The position numbers and the translations under genes are program-made. Positions 1 through 9,444 of a stretch of DNA of 64,000 nt are shown here, in pieces (position 1 is the stretch's first letter; every line of letters starts with the position of its first letter). The notes beneath the pieces were generated by a model, which was not told the origin of the DNA, searched no databases, and saw nothing but the letters and a program-made list of their open reading frames with translations. Source of the stretch: Candidatus Latescibacterota bacterium (GTDB lineage Bacteria > Krumholzibacteriota > Krumholzibacteriia > JACNKJ01); NCBI GenBank assembly GCA_020633725.1, contig JACKDC010000005.1, positions 172,135 through 236,134 of the forward strand. Direction: 5' to 3'.

Positions 1-1
1 G

Positions 2-3000
2 AAGGGACTGGCCGCAGGCCTGCTAGTTCTCCTCCTGGCCCTGCCGGTGCTGGCCGACGCCACGCGCCTGCCGCTCGGCGAGGACGCCACCCGACTGGAA
101 CTGCTCTCCCGGGTGGGCGATGCCTACCACTATAGGCTCAGCCTCGACGGGCTCGCCGCCGAACGCGTGATGACGCCCCAGGGCGCCTTCACCCGGCTCG
201 AGATTCCCGGCTACTACCACAGCCAGGACGTGGGCGCCCCCGCGCTGCCGCTCGTCAACCGGCTGATCGAGATCCCCTTCGGCGCCCGGGCGCAGGTCAG
301 CGGGATCGACGTCCGCGAGCGCACGGTGGACCTGGCCGCCAGCGGCTTCGGCGATCCGCTGCTGCCGGCGCAGGCCAGCGTCTCCAAGAGCATGGATCCG
401 GCCATGGCGCCCTTCGCTTACGATGCCGACGCCTACCGCGTCGATCCCGTGGCGCGCGATCTGGTGCGTGTGGTGGATTGCGGTCAGCTCCGCGGCGTGC
501 ACGTGGGACGTCTCGAGATCTCCCCGGTGAGCTACTCGCCGGAGGGGGGGAGCCTGCGCGTGGCCGAGAGCGTGGAGTTCACGGTGGACTTCGCGGGGGG
601 GGATCCCGTGGCCGAGGCCCGTCTCAAGGCCCTCACCCGTAGCCCCTTTTTCACCCCGGTCTACGAGCGCATCGAAGGCGTGCGCGGTCTGCACGACAGC
701 TATCCCGATCACGTCCGCGATCTGGTGACCCTCGTCGTCGTCACGCCGCCCGAGTTCGAGAATCAGCTGGCGGACTTCGTCGCGTGGAAGGAGCGCCGCG
801 GCTTCAAGACGATCCTCGCGGTAACCGGCACTCCCGAGGTGGGCAGCACCAAGGAGCAGATCCGCGACTACATCCACGGGCTCTACAACAACGCGACGCC
901 GGAGCTGCCGGCGCCCAGTTTCGTGATCTTCGTGGGCGACATCGCGCAGATGCCGACCTTCACCGAGGGCGGCGACGTGACCGACCGGCCCTACTGCGCG
1001 GTGGACGGGGACCTCTACCCCGACATCTACTACGGTCGCTTCAGCGCGACGAACCCGACGCAGCTGCAGAACATCCTCGACAAGACCCTGATGTACGACC
1101 AGTACGCCATGCCGGATCCCAGCTACCTCGACGAGGTGGTCATGATCGCGGGCATGGACGGCAGCTTCGGGTCGACCTGGGCCAATGGCCAGATCAACTA
1201 CGGGACGACCTACTACTTCAACGCGGCGCACAACATTCTCAGCCACACCTACCTGTACCCGAACTCCGGCAGCCATGCCGCCGACATCGTGCAGGACGTG
1301 AGCAACGGCGTGAGCTACGTGAACTACACGGCGCACGGCAGCACGACGAGCTGGTCGGACCCGTCCTTCACGCAGTCGAACATCAACAGCCTGCAGAACT
1401 CCGGGAAGTACTGCCTCGCCGTCGGCAACTGCTGCCTCACGAGCAGCTACGAGGTGGCGGAGTGCTTCGCGGAGACCTGGCTGCGCGTCGCGGACAAGGG
1501 CGCGATCGGCTACATCGGCGGCAGCAACTCGACCTACTGGGACGAGGACTACTGGTGGGGCGTGGGCTACGGCTCGATCGTGGCCAACCCCACCTACGAG
1601 ACTCACGAGATCGGCGCCTACGACGGCCTCTTCCATGACCATGGCGAGGCCATGACCCAGTGGTACGTCACCAACGACGCGCTGATCTACACCGGCAACC
1701 TGGCCGTGACCGAGGCCGGCAGCAACCTGATCAGCTACTACTGGACGATCTACAACCTCATGGGCGACCCGAGCCTCAGCACCTGGATCGGCACGCCGGG
1801 CACGAACCCCGTCAGCCACGACGCCACGCTGTTCACGACCAGCGCCTCGATGTCCATCAGCGCGCTCCCGAACAGCTACTGCGCGCTCAGCCAGAACGGC
1901 GTGCTCAAGGGCGCGGGCACCGTGGACGCGACCGGCACGCTGGACATGGAGATCTGGGAGCTGCTGACGCCGGGCACGGCCGAGTGCATCGTGATGGCCC
2001 AGAACAAAGTGCCGCACGTGGAGACCGTGAACATCGCCGTACCGGCGACGATCGTCTTCGATCCGGCGACGATCGACGCGGGCGTGCCCACCGACGTGAC
2101 GGTGGGCGTCTACGAGGCCGACGGCGTGACGCCCAAGCCCGGCATCGAGGTCTGGGCCGACGGCATCGGCTACGCCACCGCGCATTCCACCACCGGCGTG
2201 GACGGCACCTGCGTCCTCAGCCTGGACTACCCCTACGGCCCGAGCCTGGACATCTGCGGGCAGGACCCCGCCGAGACCTACCTGCTCTTCCGGCAGGCGC
2301 TGCCCGTCAACGCGCTGGCCCAGAGCGGCATCGCGCTGCGCGTGAACACGGACATCGGTCTGAACGGCGCCTTCCCGCTCAACCTGCCGGGCACGCTCGA
2401 GGCCTACAAGCCCTTCGGCGGCGCGCTGCCGGCGCACGAGCTGTGGGCCTACGTCAACGACGAGCCCGGGCTCATGAGCACGGCGGACGCCCTGACCCTC
2501 ACGCCGAACGCGCTGGGCAGCGTGCGCGGCGTCTTCGCGCAGGTGGGCTACGACTGCGTCGAGGCGACCTTCCCCATCATCGAGGCCTTCGGCACCCTGA
2601 CCGGCCACGTGGACGCCGACGGCAGCCCCGCGGCGGGCGCGCTGGTCCAGGGCTGGGACGGCGGCGCGCAGCCGGCCTTCGAGGCCGTCTGCAACGCCTC
2701 GGGCGACTACGACATGGGCGAGGACATCCTCGTCGCCGACTACACGCTCACGGTGACGCTCTTCGGCTTCGAGCCCTTCAGCGAGGCCCTCTTCGTCGGC
2801 TACGGGCCGAACGTGCACGACGTCGACCTGCTGCCGGCGCCGAGCGGCCTGCTCACGGGCACGATCACCGAGGCGGGCAGCGGCGCGCCCCTCGGCGCGA
2901 CCGTGCGGATCTTCCGCAGCGACACCGGCGAGCTCTACGAGGAGCTGAGCAGCAGCCCGACCACCGGCGCCTACGCCAGCGGCGCGCTGCCCTACTTCGA

Positions 3001-4117
3001 CTGGGACGTGACGGTGCGCGCGAGCGGGCACATCCCGGAGAGCGCGACCATCACCGTGGACGCGCCCGCGGTGACCCGTGACTTCGTGCTCGAGGAGACG
3101 GTCGGCAACATCCTGATCATCGACGACGGCGCCAAGTCCACCTGGCACGAGGCCAAGCTCGACCTGGCCGGCAACGTGATCGAGGCGGGCTACGAGGACG
3201 CGCCCAAGGACATCGCCACCCTGCAGGGCGACCTGGAGGGCCTTGGCTACACGGTGATCGTCGAGACCATGTCCAGCAACCCGTCCACCTGGTTCGACTA
3301 CGATTTCATCATGACCTGCAGCGGCAACAACACCACGACGCTGGACAACGCCACCTTCCGCGCGGCGCTTCTGAGCTTCGTGCAGGCCGGCGGCAAGCTG
3401 CTGGTGGAAGGCGGCGAGGTGGGCTACGACTGGGACTACCAGGACAGCGCCTGGGCCCAGGCCGTGCTGCACGTGGCAAACTGGAACCACGACAGCAGCG
3501 GCAGCGTGACCGTCTACGACGCCAACCATCCGGTGATGAGCTTCCCCAACGCCATCACGGGGCCGATCACCGTCAGCTACTCCGGATACGGCGATCAGGA
3601 CGCCCTCGTGGTGACGGCCGACGCGGAGCGCATCGGCGCCTGGACCAGCTATCCCACCGATGCGAGCATCATCGTCTGCGACCGCGACGCCACGCCCGAG
3701 GATGGCGACTTCGTCATGTTCGGCTGGTGCTATGCGTCGATGGACGCGGCGAAGCGCGTTCAGCTTCTCGAGAACGCCGTGGTCTGGCTCATCGGCGGCG
3801 GACTGACGCCCGTCGAGGAGGCGCCCGTGACGCTGCCCACCCAGGTCGCACTGCGCGGCAACTTCCCGAACCCCTTCAACCCGAAGACCTCGATCCGCTT
3901 CGAGCTGCCGGCCACGGCCCAGGTCGAACTCGCGGTCTACGACGTGAAGGGCCGCCGGGTGGCGACGCTCGTCGACGGCACCCTGATCGCGGGACCGCAC
4001 GTGGTGGAATGGCAGGGCCGTGAGGCGAGCGGCGCGCAGGCCACGAGCGGCGTCTACTTCGCCCGCCTGAAGGTGGGGGACGAGGTGCTGACGCGGAAGA
4101 TGCTGCTTCTGAAGTGA
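2..4117 (+). CDS. Peptidase C25 (gingipain-like cysteine protease) with T9SS-type C-terminal sorting domain; 5' end lies outside the window
   Basis: The frame is open back to nt 2, and nt 2-61 encode a signal-peptide-like KGLAAGLLVLLLALPVLADA, so the GTG at 47 in the ORF track is probably internal. Gingipain-type motifs VNYTAHGS (His) and LAVGNCCLTSS (Cys) are present. The C-terminal tail is FPNPFNPKTSIRFELP...GVYFARL...KMLLLK. Confidence 0.85.
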   Translation, partial: KGLAAGLLVLLLALPVLADATRLPLGEDATRLELLSRVGDAYHYRLSLDGLAAERVMTPQGAFTRLEIPGYYHSQDVGAPALPLVNRLIEIPFGARAQVSGIDVRERTVDLAASGFGDPLLPAQASVSKSMDPAMAPFAYDADAYRVDPVARDLVRVVDCGQLRGVHVGRLEISPVSYSPEGGSLRVAESVEFTVDFAGGDPVAEARLKALTRSPFFTPVYERIEGVRGLHDSYPDHVRDLVTLVVVTPPEFENQLADFVAWKERRGFKTILAVTGTPEVGSTKEQIRDYIHGLYNNATPELPAPSFVIFVGDIAQMPTFTEGGDVTDRPYCAVDGDLYPDIYYGRFSATNPTQLQNILDKTLMYDQYAMPDPSYLDEVVMIAGMDGSFGSTWANGQINYGTTYYFNAAHNILSHTYLYPNSGSHAADIVQDVSNGVSYVNYTAHGSTTSWSDPSFTQSNINSLQNSGKYCLAVGNCCLTSSYEVAECFAETWLRVADKGAIGYIGGSNSTYWDEDYWWGVGYGSIVANPTYETHEIGAYDGLFHDHGEAMTQWYVTNDALIYTGNLAVTEAGSNLISYYWTIYNLMGDPSLSTWIGTPGTNPVSHDATLFTTSASMSISALPNSYCALSQNGVLKGAGTVDATGTLDMEIWELLTPGTAECIVMAQNKVPHVETVNIAVPATIVFDPATIDAGVPTDVTVGVYEADGVTPKPGIEVWADGIGYATAHSTTGVDGTCVLSLDYPYGPSLDICGQDPAETYLLFRQALPVNALAQSGIALRVNTDIGLNGAFPLNLPGTLEAYKPFGGALPAHELWAYVNDEPGLMSTADALTLTPNALGSVRGVFAQVGYDCVEATFPIIEAFGTLTGHVDADGSPAAGALVQGWDGGAQPAFEAVCNASGDYDMGEDILVADYTLTVTLFGFEPFSEALFVGYGPNVHDVDLLPAPSGLLTGTITEAGSGAPLGATVRIFRSDTGELYEELSSSPTTGAYASGALPYFDWDVTVRASGHIPESATITVDAPAVTRDFVLEETVGNILIIDDGAKSTWHEAKLDLAGNVIEAGYEDAPKDIATLQGDLEGLGYTVIVETMSSNPSTWFDYDFIMTCSGNNTTTLDNATFRAALLSFVQAGGKLLVEGGEVGYDWDYQDSAWAQAVLHVANWNHDSSGSVTVYDANHPVMSFPNAITGPITVSYSGYGDQDALVVTADAERIGAWTSYPTDASIIVCDRDATPEDGDFVMFGWCYASMDAAKRVQLLENAVVWLIGGGLTPVEEAPVTLPTQVALRGNFPNPFNPKTSIRFELPATAQVELAVYDVKGRRVATLVDGTLIAGPHVVEWQGREASGAQATSGVYFARLKVGDEVLTRKMLLLK

Positions 4118-4193
4118 CGCGATCGCGTGTCCTCTCTCGCGCCGCTTCGAAGGCGCGCGACCCGGACACGCGACCGCTAGCAGGCAGACTCGA

Positions 4194-4220
4194 GGGGGGA
4201 GCCGCTTGGCTCCCCCCTTT
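4194..4220 (+). terminator. Rho-independent terminator after the C25 peptidase gene
   Basis: GGGGGGAGCC - GCTT - GGCTCCCCCC followed by TTT. Confidence 0.6.
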
Positions 4221-4233
4221 GCGTCCCCGACGG

Positions 4234-4242
4234 TGCTATACT
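4234..4242 (+). promoter_or_regulatory. Candidate extended -10 promoter (TGcTATACT) for the 4285-10114 operon
   Basis: TGCTATACT lies 43 nt upstream of the ATG at 4285. There is no clear -35 element. Confidence 0.3.
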
Positions 4243-4284
4243 CCAGGGCGCGCGACGCGTCGCCGCGCTCCCGGGAGGTCCACC

Positions 4285-6012
4285 ATGCGCCGAATCGCCC
4301 TGCTGCTCGCCCTCGTCCTCGTCGCCCTGCCCCTGGCCGCGCACGCGCAGTGGTCGGACGATCCCCTGGTCAACCTGGCCATCGCCGACCGCCCGTCGGA
4401 GCAGGTGGTGCCCAAGATCGCGGCCACCGCGGACGGCGGCTGTTACGTGGCCTGGTTCGATCTGGCCAGCGGCAACTACGACGTCTACCTGCAGCACCTG
4501 GACGCGGCCGGCAACGCGCTCTGGGCCCACAACGGCATCCTCGTGAGCGGCCACTCGCAGAACTCGTCCCTGGTGGACTGGGATCTCATCGCCGACAGCG
4601 AGGGCAACGCCGTCGTGGTCTTCACGGACGCGCGCGCGGGCAGCGACCTCGACGTCTACGCCTACCGCGTCTCGCCCGCCGGCGCCATGCTCTGGGGCGC
4701 CGATGGCCTGACCCTGAGCGACAACACGGACTACGAGCCCTCGCCGCGGGTGACCCAGGCGGCCGACGGCGACTTCGTCTTCATCTGGGCGCGCCTGCCG
4801 GATGTGGGCGACGGCAAGCTCATGATGCAGCGCGTCGCCCCGGACGGCACCCTGCGCTTCGCCGCCGGCGGGATCGCCGTGGCGGGCGAGGCCGGCGAGA
4901 GCCCCGGCTTCTGCGACCTGGTGCCGTCGGGCGCGGACGGCGTGATCGTCTGCTGGATCCGCGACATCAGCAGCTTCCTCAGCCCGCGCCATCTCTGGGC
5001 CGAGCGCTTCGACGTCACCGGCGCCTCCGCCTGGGGCGCGCCGGTGGTGGTCTACGACCTGGTGAGCCTGCCCATCGCCTACTACCCGCAGCTCCTCCCC
5101 GACGCCGCGGGCGGCGCGGTGCTGCTCTGGCACCGCAGCCTGAGCAACCTGTACAGCAGCCTGGTGCAGCGCCTGGACATCACGGGCACGGAGCTCTGGG
5201 CGCACCAGGGCGTGGCCGTGTCCACGTCGTCGACGCACTACCACATCTCGCCGACCTTCACCTTCGACGCGGCGACGGGCGCGACCACGGTGTTCTGGGA
5301 CGAGCGCAACACCGCCCAGAGCCAGTGGGGGATCGCGGGCCAGCGCTTCGACGCGGCCGGCGCCCGCCTCTGGGGCGACGGCGGCCGCATCTTCCTGCCC
5401 ACCGACACGCTCTACAAGTACGCCCTGCGCGCCCTGCCCGCCGCCGGCGGCGCCCTGCTCTTCTGGATCGACGAGCCCGGCGGCTTCGGCTCCGACCGCA
5501 TCCGCGGCGTGCGCGTGGACGAAGACGGCAACTACCTCTGGGGGCCCGATCCCATCGGCGTGGCCACCCTGCCCAGCGGCAAGAGCCGTCTGCCCGTGGC
5601 CGGCGCGCCCGACGGCACGGCGCTCCTCATCTGGGAGGACGATCGCGGCGGCACGGTGGACGTCTACGGCCAGAACGTGCGCCCCGACGGCACCCTCGGC
5701 GGCGATCTGACGGCCGTCCCCGGGGGCGCCCCGGCGGCGGCGGCGCTGCTCGGCGCCTACCCGAACCCCTTCAACCCGGCGACCACCCTGCGCGTGGAGC
5801 TGCCGGCGGCGGGCCGGGTGCGCGTGAGCATCCTCGATCTGCAGGGGCGGCGTGTCCGCACCCTGCACGCCGGCCTGCTGCCTGCGGGGCCGAGCGCGAT
5901 GGTCTGGGACGGCCGCGACGACGCCGGCCGCGCCCTGCCCAGCGCGCTCTACCTGGCGCGGGTGGAGACCCCGGCAGGCACGGCGACGGGCAAGCTGCTC
6001 CTGCTGAAGTGA
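4285..6012 (+). CDS. Secreted 8-repeat (beta-propeller-like) protein with T9SS-type C-terminal domain
   Basis: ATG at 4285 is preceded by GGGAGG. Signal peptide MRRIALLLALVLVALPLAAHA. Eight ~55-aa repeats of the form DG..v.W.D...g..DvY.Qrv...G...W...G. Tail YPNPFNPATTLRVELP...ALYLARV...KLLLLK. Confidence 0.8.
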   Translation: MRRIALLLALVLVALPLAAHAQWSDDPLVNLAIADRPSEQVVPKIAATADGGCYVAWFDLASGNYDVYLQHLDAAGNALWAHNGILVSGHSQNSSLVDWDLIADSEGNAVVVFTDARAGSDLDVYAYRVSPAGAMLWGADGLTLSDNTDYEPSPRVTQAADGDFVFIWARLPDVGDGKLMMQRVAPDGTLRFAAGGIAVAGEAGESPGFCDLVPSGADGVIVCWIRDISSFLSPRHLWAERFDVTGASAWGAPVVVYDLVSLPIAYYPQLLPDAAGGAVLLWHRSLSNLYSSLVQRLDITGTELWAHQGVAVSTSSTHYHISPTFTFDAATGATTVFWDERNTAQSQWGIAGQRFDAAGARLWGDGGRIFLPTDTLYKYALRALPAAGGALLFWIDEPGGFGSDRIRGVRVDEDGNYLWGPDPIGVATLPSGKSRLPVAGAPDGTALLIWEDDRGGTVDVYGQNVRPDGTLGGDLTAVPGGAPAAAALLGAYPNPFNPATTLRVELPAAGRVRVSILDLQGRRVRTLHAGLLPAGPSAMVWDGRDDAGRALPSALYLARVETPAGTATGKLLLLK

Positions 6013-6031
6013 GTTGCCTTGAATTCCGGGC

Positions 6032-8860
6032 GTGATTGGCCGAAACTTCGGCCATGCTCCAGCCCCTCGCCGTGAGTCCGTGAGGCGGACGCCGCGCGTC
6101 CTCGCCGTCGCCCTGCCGCTGGCCCTGCTCCTCGTGGGAGCGGGGACGTCGCCGCCCTGCGCCGCGGCGGGGAGCCCGGACGCCGCCCGGCGCCAGGCCG
6201 TCGCGAGCGTCGACAGCCTCTGGCTGGCGGGCGACGGCCCGGCCGCCCACGCGCTCATCGACAGCCTGCTCCCCGGCTTCAGAGCCGCGCGCGACAGCCT
6301 CGCGGTGGCCCGTCTGCAGCTGCGCCGCGGCTCCATGCGCGCTGCCCTGGGCGACGGCAACGCCGCCCTGCCCGCCCTCGACGAGTCGCTGGATCTCGCC
6401 CGCGCCCTGGGCGACAGCAGCATCGTCTGCGACGGCCTGCGCTGGCGAGCCGTCGCCCTCGGCCAGCTGGGCCGCGGCCTGGAGGCGCGGGCCGCCTTCA
6501 CCGAGCAGCTCGCCCTGGCCACGGCCATCGGCGACAGCGCGGGCCAGGGCTGGGCGCTGAGCGGACTCGCCTACCACGACGGTCTCGCCGGTGAGACCCT
6601 GCAGGCGCGCCAGCGCTACACGCGCGCGGCGGCGATCTTTCGCGCGTTGGGACACGTGCGCGGCGAGCTCTGGGTACTCAACGGGCTGGGCATGACGGCC
6701 TCGGACCTGGGGGAGTTCGGCGTCGCCCGCGACAGCTACACGCGCACGGGCGCCATCGCCCGGCAGGAGGGCTTCGGCTTCCTCGAGGCGATGGCGGAGA
6801 ACAACCTCGGCACGCTGGACTTCTCGCTGGGGGATCCCGGCCGCGCCCTCGCGCACTTCGAGCGCTCCTTCGCGCTCTTCGCGGCCCAGGGGGCGATGCG
6901 GGAACGCCTCGCCATCGCCCGCAACATCGCCGTCTGCCGCACGGAGCTGGGCGATCTCGATCACGCCATGGCCATGCTGGACTCGCTGCTGGCCGACAGC
7001 CGGGCCGGCGGCTACCAGGCGCTGGAGTACGACATCCTGCGCCAGCGGGCCTACGTGCTCTATTCCCAGAACCGCATGGACGAGGCCGCCCTCGGCTTTG
7101 CCCCGCTCATGGACTGGCCCGCGGACACGCCCGTGGACGCGCGGATCGAGACGCTCGTCGGCTACTGCGCCGCCCTCGAAGGCCAGGGCAAGTTCGCGGA
7201 GGCGCTCGCGCTCCTCGAGGCCAATGCGGACCTCGACCGCGCCGGCGTGGACCTGTCGCCGCGCCTGGACTACGCCACGCGACGGGGAATCCTGCTGCGG
7301 CGCCTGGGTCGACCCGCCGAGGCGCTGCGCCTCCTCGCCGACACCGCCCAGCGCGCCGACTCGCTGGGCCTGCAGTCGGTGCGTTCGGGCTGCCTCGTCG
7401 ACGCCGCGCGCTGCGCGGAGACCCTGGACCGCGTGGACGAGGCCCGCGGACTCTACCTCCGGGCCTGCGAGGTCTGGGAGGAGGAGCGCAGCGTGCCCCT
7501 CGATCCCGAGTGGCGCGAGCGGCGCGGCGAGACCGGCCAGGCGGCCTTCACGGGCCTGGCCTCCCTGCTGCTCGAGCACGAGGGCGCCGACTCTCCCGCC
7601 TTCCGCGACGCCTACGCCCGCCTGCAGCGCTACAAGGCGCGCACGCTGCTCGAGCACATGCGCGGCCCCGGCCCGGCCCTGCCCGCCCCGCCGCCCGCCG
7701 TGAGTCTCGAGCGGCTGCAGGGCGGGCTCCTCGCGCCCACGGAGATCCTGCTCGACGCCTATCTCGGCGAGGCGCACTCCTTCCTGCTGGCCGTGACCCG
7801 GGACTCGCTGCGCGTGCTGCGCCTGCCGCCCAGGGCCGCGCTGGAGGCGCGGCTCGATCTCTTCGACCGGCTCGTGGCCCGTCCTCCCGGGGACGACGAC
7901 TCGCGCCGGGCGCTGCTCGCGTCCGGCGGCCGCGCGCTGGCGGAGGAGCTGCTGCTGCCGCTCGCGCCGCTGCTGCGGGAACATCCCCGCGTGCTCTTCG
8001 CCCCTGACGGGGCGCTGCACGGCCTGCCGCTGGCCCATCTGGCGGGCTTCGTCCCCGGCGTGGGCGAGATCGACGGTTTCCAGGTGGTGCGCGTGCCGTC
8101 GGCGGCCGTGCTCGCGCAGCTGCGCGAGGGGGGCGAGCCCGGACCGCGTCCGGTGCAGCGGCTGCTGGCCCTCAGCGCGGACGGCGATCTCGAGGGACGT
8201 CCCCTGGCCGGCGCGCGGCGGGAGGCCAGCTACCTCGCCGGGCGCTACCGCGGCGTGGAGACGACGCTGGACCCGTCGCGGGGCGCGCTGGCCACGCTCG
8301 CCGACGCGGACCTGCTGCATCTGGCGCTGCACGCGGAGGCGCCGCCCGACTATGCCTGGCGCGCGTCGCTGTGGCTCGGCGGGGCGGAAGGTCCGGCACG
8401 GCTGTCGGCGCAGACGCTGCTCGCGCAGTCGTTCAACGCCCGGCTGGCGGTCCTGGCTGGCTGCAGCACCGCGGGCGGGCGCATGCCGGTGGGCGCGAGC
8501 GCGCAGAACATCGCCAGCGCGCTGCTCGGGGCGGGCGTGCCGGCCGTGGTGGCGAGCCTCTGGGCGCTTGACGACGCCGCCGCCCTCGCCTTCGCTCGCG
8601 CCTTCTACCCGCGTCTCGAGCGCGGCGAAAGCGTGGCGGCCGCCCTGGCCGGGGCCCGCGCGGAGCTTGCCGCCGTGGCGCCGGATCCGTACTACTGGGC
8701 GGGTCTGGTGCTGGTGGGCGACGGCGACGCCCGGCTCGCCCTGCGCCGCCGCCGGCTGCCCCCACGGGCCGCCGGGCCGCTCGCCGCGGGCGCCGGGCTG
8801 CTGATCCTCGCCTTCACGGTGGCTGTGATTTCGCGTACGGAAGGAGCGTCGAAGGGATGA
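6032..8860 (+). CDS. TPR-repeat + CHAT-domain (caspase-like, clan CD) protein with signal-like N-terminus and C-terminal membrane anchor
   Basis: Long TPR-like helical region, then a CHAT-like core: FAPDGALHGLPLAHL, LHLALHAE (His codon 8330-8332) and LAVLAGCSTAGG (Cys codon 8462-8464). Hydrophobic AGAGLLILAFTVAVIS lies near the C-terminus. The start is uncertain (GTG 6032 or GTG 6080). Confidence 0.8.
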   Translation: MIGRNFGHAPAPRRESVRRTPRVLAVALPLALLLVGAGTSPPCAAAGSPDAARRQAVASVDSLWLAGDGPAAHALIDSLLPGFRAARDSLAVARLQLRRGSMRAALGDGNAALPALDESLDLARALGDSSIVCDGLRWRAVALGQLGRGLEARAAFTEQLALATAIGDSAGQGWALSGLAYHDGLAGETLQARQRYTRAAAIFRALGHVRGELWVLNGLGMTASDLGEFGVARDSYTRTGAIARQEGFGFLEAMAENNLGTLDFSLGDPGRALAHFERSFALFAAQGAMRERLAIARNIAVCRTELGDLDHAMAMLDSLLADSRAGGYQALEYDILRQRAYVLYSQNRMDEAALGFAPLMDWPADTPVDARIETLVGYCAALEGQGKFAEALALLEANADLDRAGVDLSPRLDYATRRGILLRRLGRPAEALRLLADTAQRADSLGLQSVRSGCLVDAARCAETLDRVDEARGLYLRACEVWEEERSVPLDPEWRERRGETGQAAFTGLASLLLEHEGADSPAFRDAYARLQRYKARTLLEHMRGPGPALPAPPPAVSLERLQGGLLAPTEILLDAYLGEAHSFLLAVTRDSLRVLRLPPRAALEARLDLFDRLVARPPGDDDSRRALLASGGRALAEELLLPLAPLLREHPRVLFAPDGALHGLPLAHLAGFVPGVGEIDGFQVVRVPSAAVLAQLREGGEPGPRPVQRLLALSADGDLEGRPLAGARREASYLAGRYRGVETTLDPSRGALATLADADLLHLALHAEAPPDYAWRASLWLGGAEGPARLSAQTLLAQSFNARLAVLAGCSTAGGRMPVGASAQNIASALLGAGVPAVVASLWALDDAAALAFARAFYPRLERGESVAAALAGARAELAAVAPDPYYWAGLVLVGDGDARLALRRRRLPPRAAGPLAAGAGLLILAFTVAVISRTEGASKG

Positions 8861-9444
8861 GACGGCGCTACGCGACCCTGGACGACGACGCCCTGCTGAC
8901 CCTCGCCCGCAACGCCGGCGACGAGGGCGAGCGCCGTCAGGCCGCCGCCGCGCTGCTCGCGCGCTACCACGGGCGGGTCTACCAGTGGTGCGCGGGCCAG
9001 CTGGGCGACCCACAGCGCGCCGAGGACGCGGCGCAGGAGGTGCTCTTGTCCGCCTATCGTGCCCTGCCCGGCTTCGACGGCCGGGCCCGCTTCGGCTCCT
9101 GGCTCTTCGCCATCGCGCGGAACCGGTGCCTGAGCGAACGGCGGCGGCGAGCCTTCCCGCGGGCGGAGGTCGAGCCCGACAGCCGTCCGGCCACGACGCC
9201 CGACCCCGAGCGCGAACTCATCGAGCGCGACGCCCGCGACGCCCTGCTGCGACGTCTCACGCGCTGGCTGGATCCGCTGGAGCAGGAGGCGGTCTGCCTG
9301 CGCTATCTCGAGCGCATGCCGGTCGACGCCATCACGCGGGTCCTCGACATCACGCAGTCCAGCGGCGCCCGCGGCGTGCTGCAGAGCGCACGGCGCAAGC
9401 TGCGCCGCGCCTACCCCGACCGGGAGGCCTTCCAGGATGACTGA
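8857..9444 (+). CDS. ECF-type RNA polymerase sigma factor
   Basis: Region 2 (AEDAAQEVLLSAYRALPGFDGRARFGSWLFAIARNRC) and region 4 (LEQEAVCLRYLERMPVDAITRVLDITQSSGARGVLQSARRKLR). The ATG overlaps the CHAT stop codon (ATGA). AAGGAG RBS at 8841. Confidence 0.9.
   Translation: MRRRYATLDDDALLTLARNAGDEGERRQAAAALLARYHGRVYQWCAGQLGDPQRAEDAAQEVLLSAYRALPGFDGRARFGSWLFAIARNRCLSERRRRAFPRAEVEPDSRPATTPDPERELIERDARDALLRRLTRWLDPLEQEAVCLRYLERMPVDAITRVLDITQSSGARGVLQSARRKLRRAYPDREAFQDD

Noticed and set aside
23-4000. 1325-aa minus-strand ORF opposite the C25 peptidase gene.
   Set aside because: The translation is low-complexity and rich in Arg, Ala, Gly and Val, with no recognisable motif. The + strand frame encodes an unmistakable gingipain-like protease with a signal peptide and a T9SS tail. 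This is a typical high-GC shadow ORF.
4177-9013. Minus-strand ORFs 4177-6528 (783 aa) and 5771-9013 (1080 aa), plus alternative + frame ORFs (4206-6035, 7098-8007, 8352-8804).
   Set aside because: They are shadows of the propeller and TPR-CHAT genes. Their products are R/A/G/P-rich and have no start context or family motifs.
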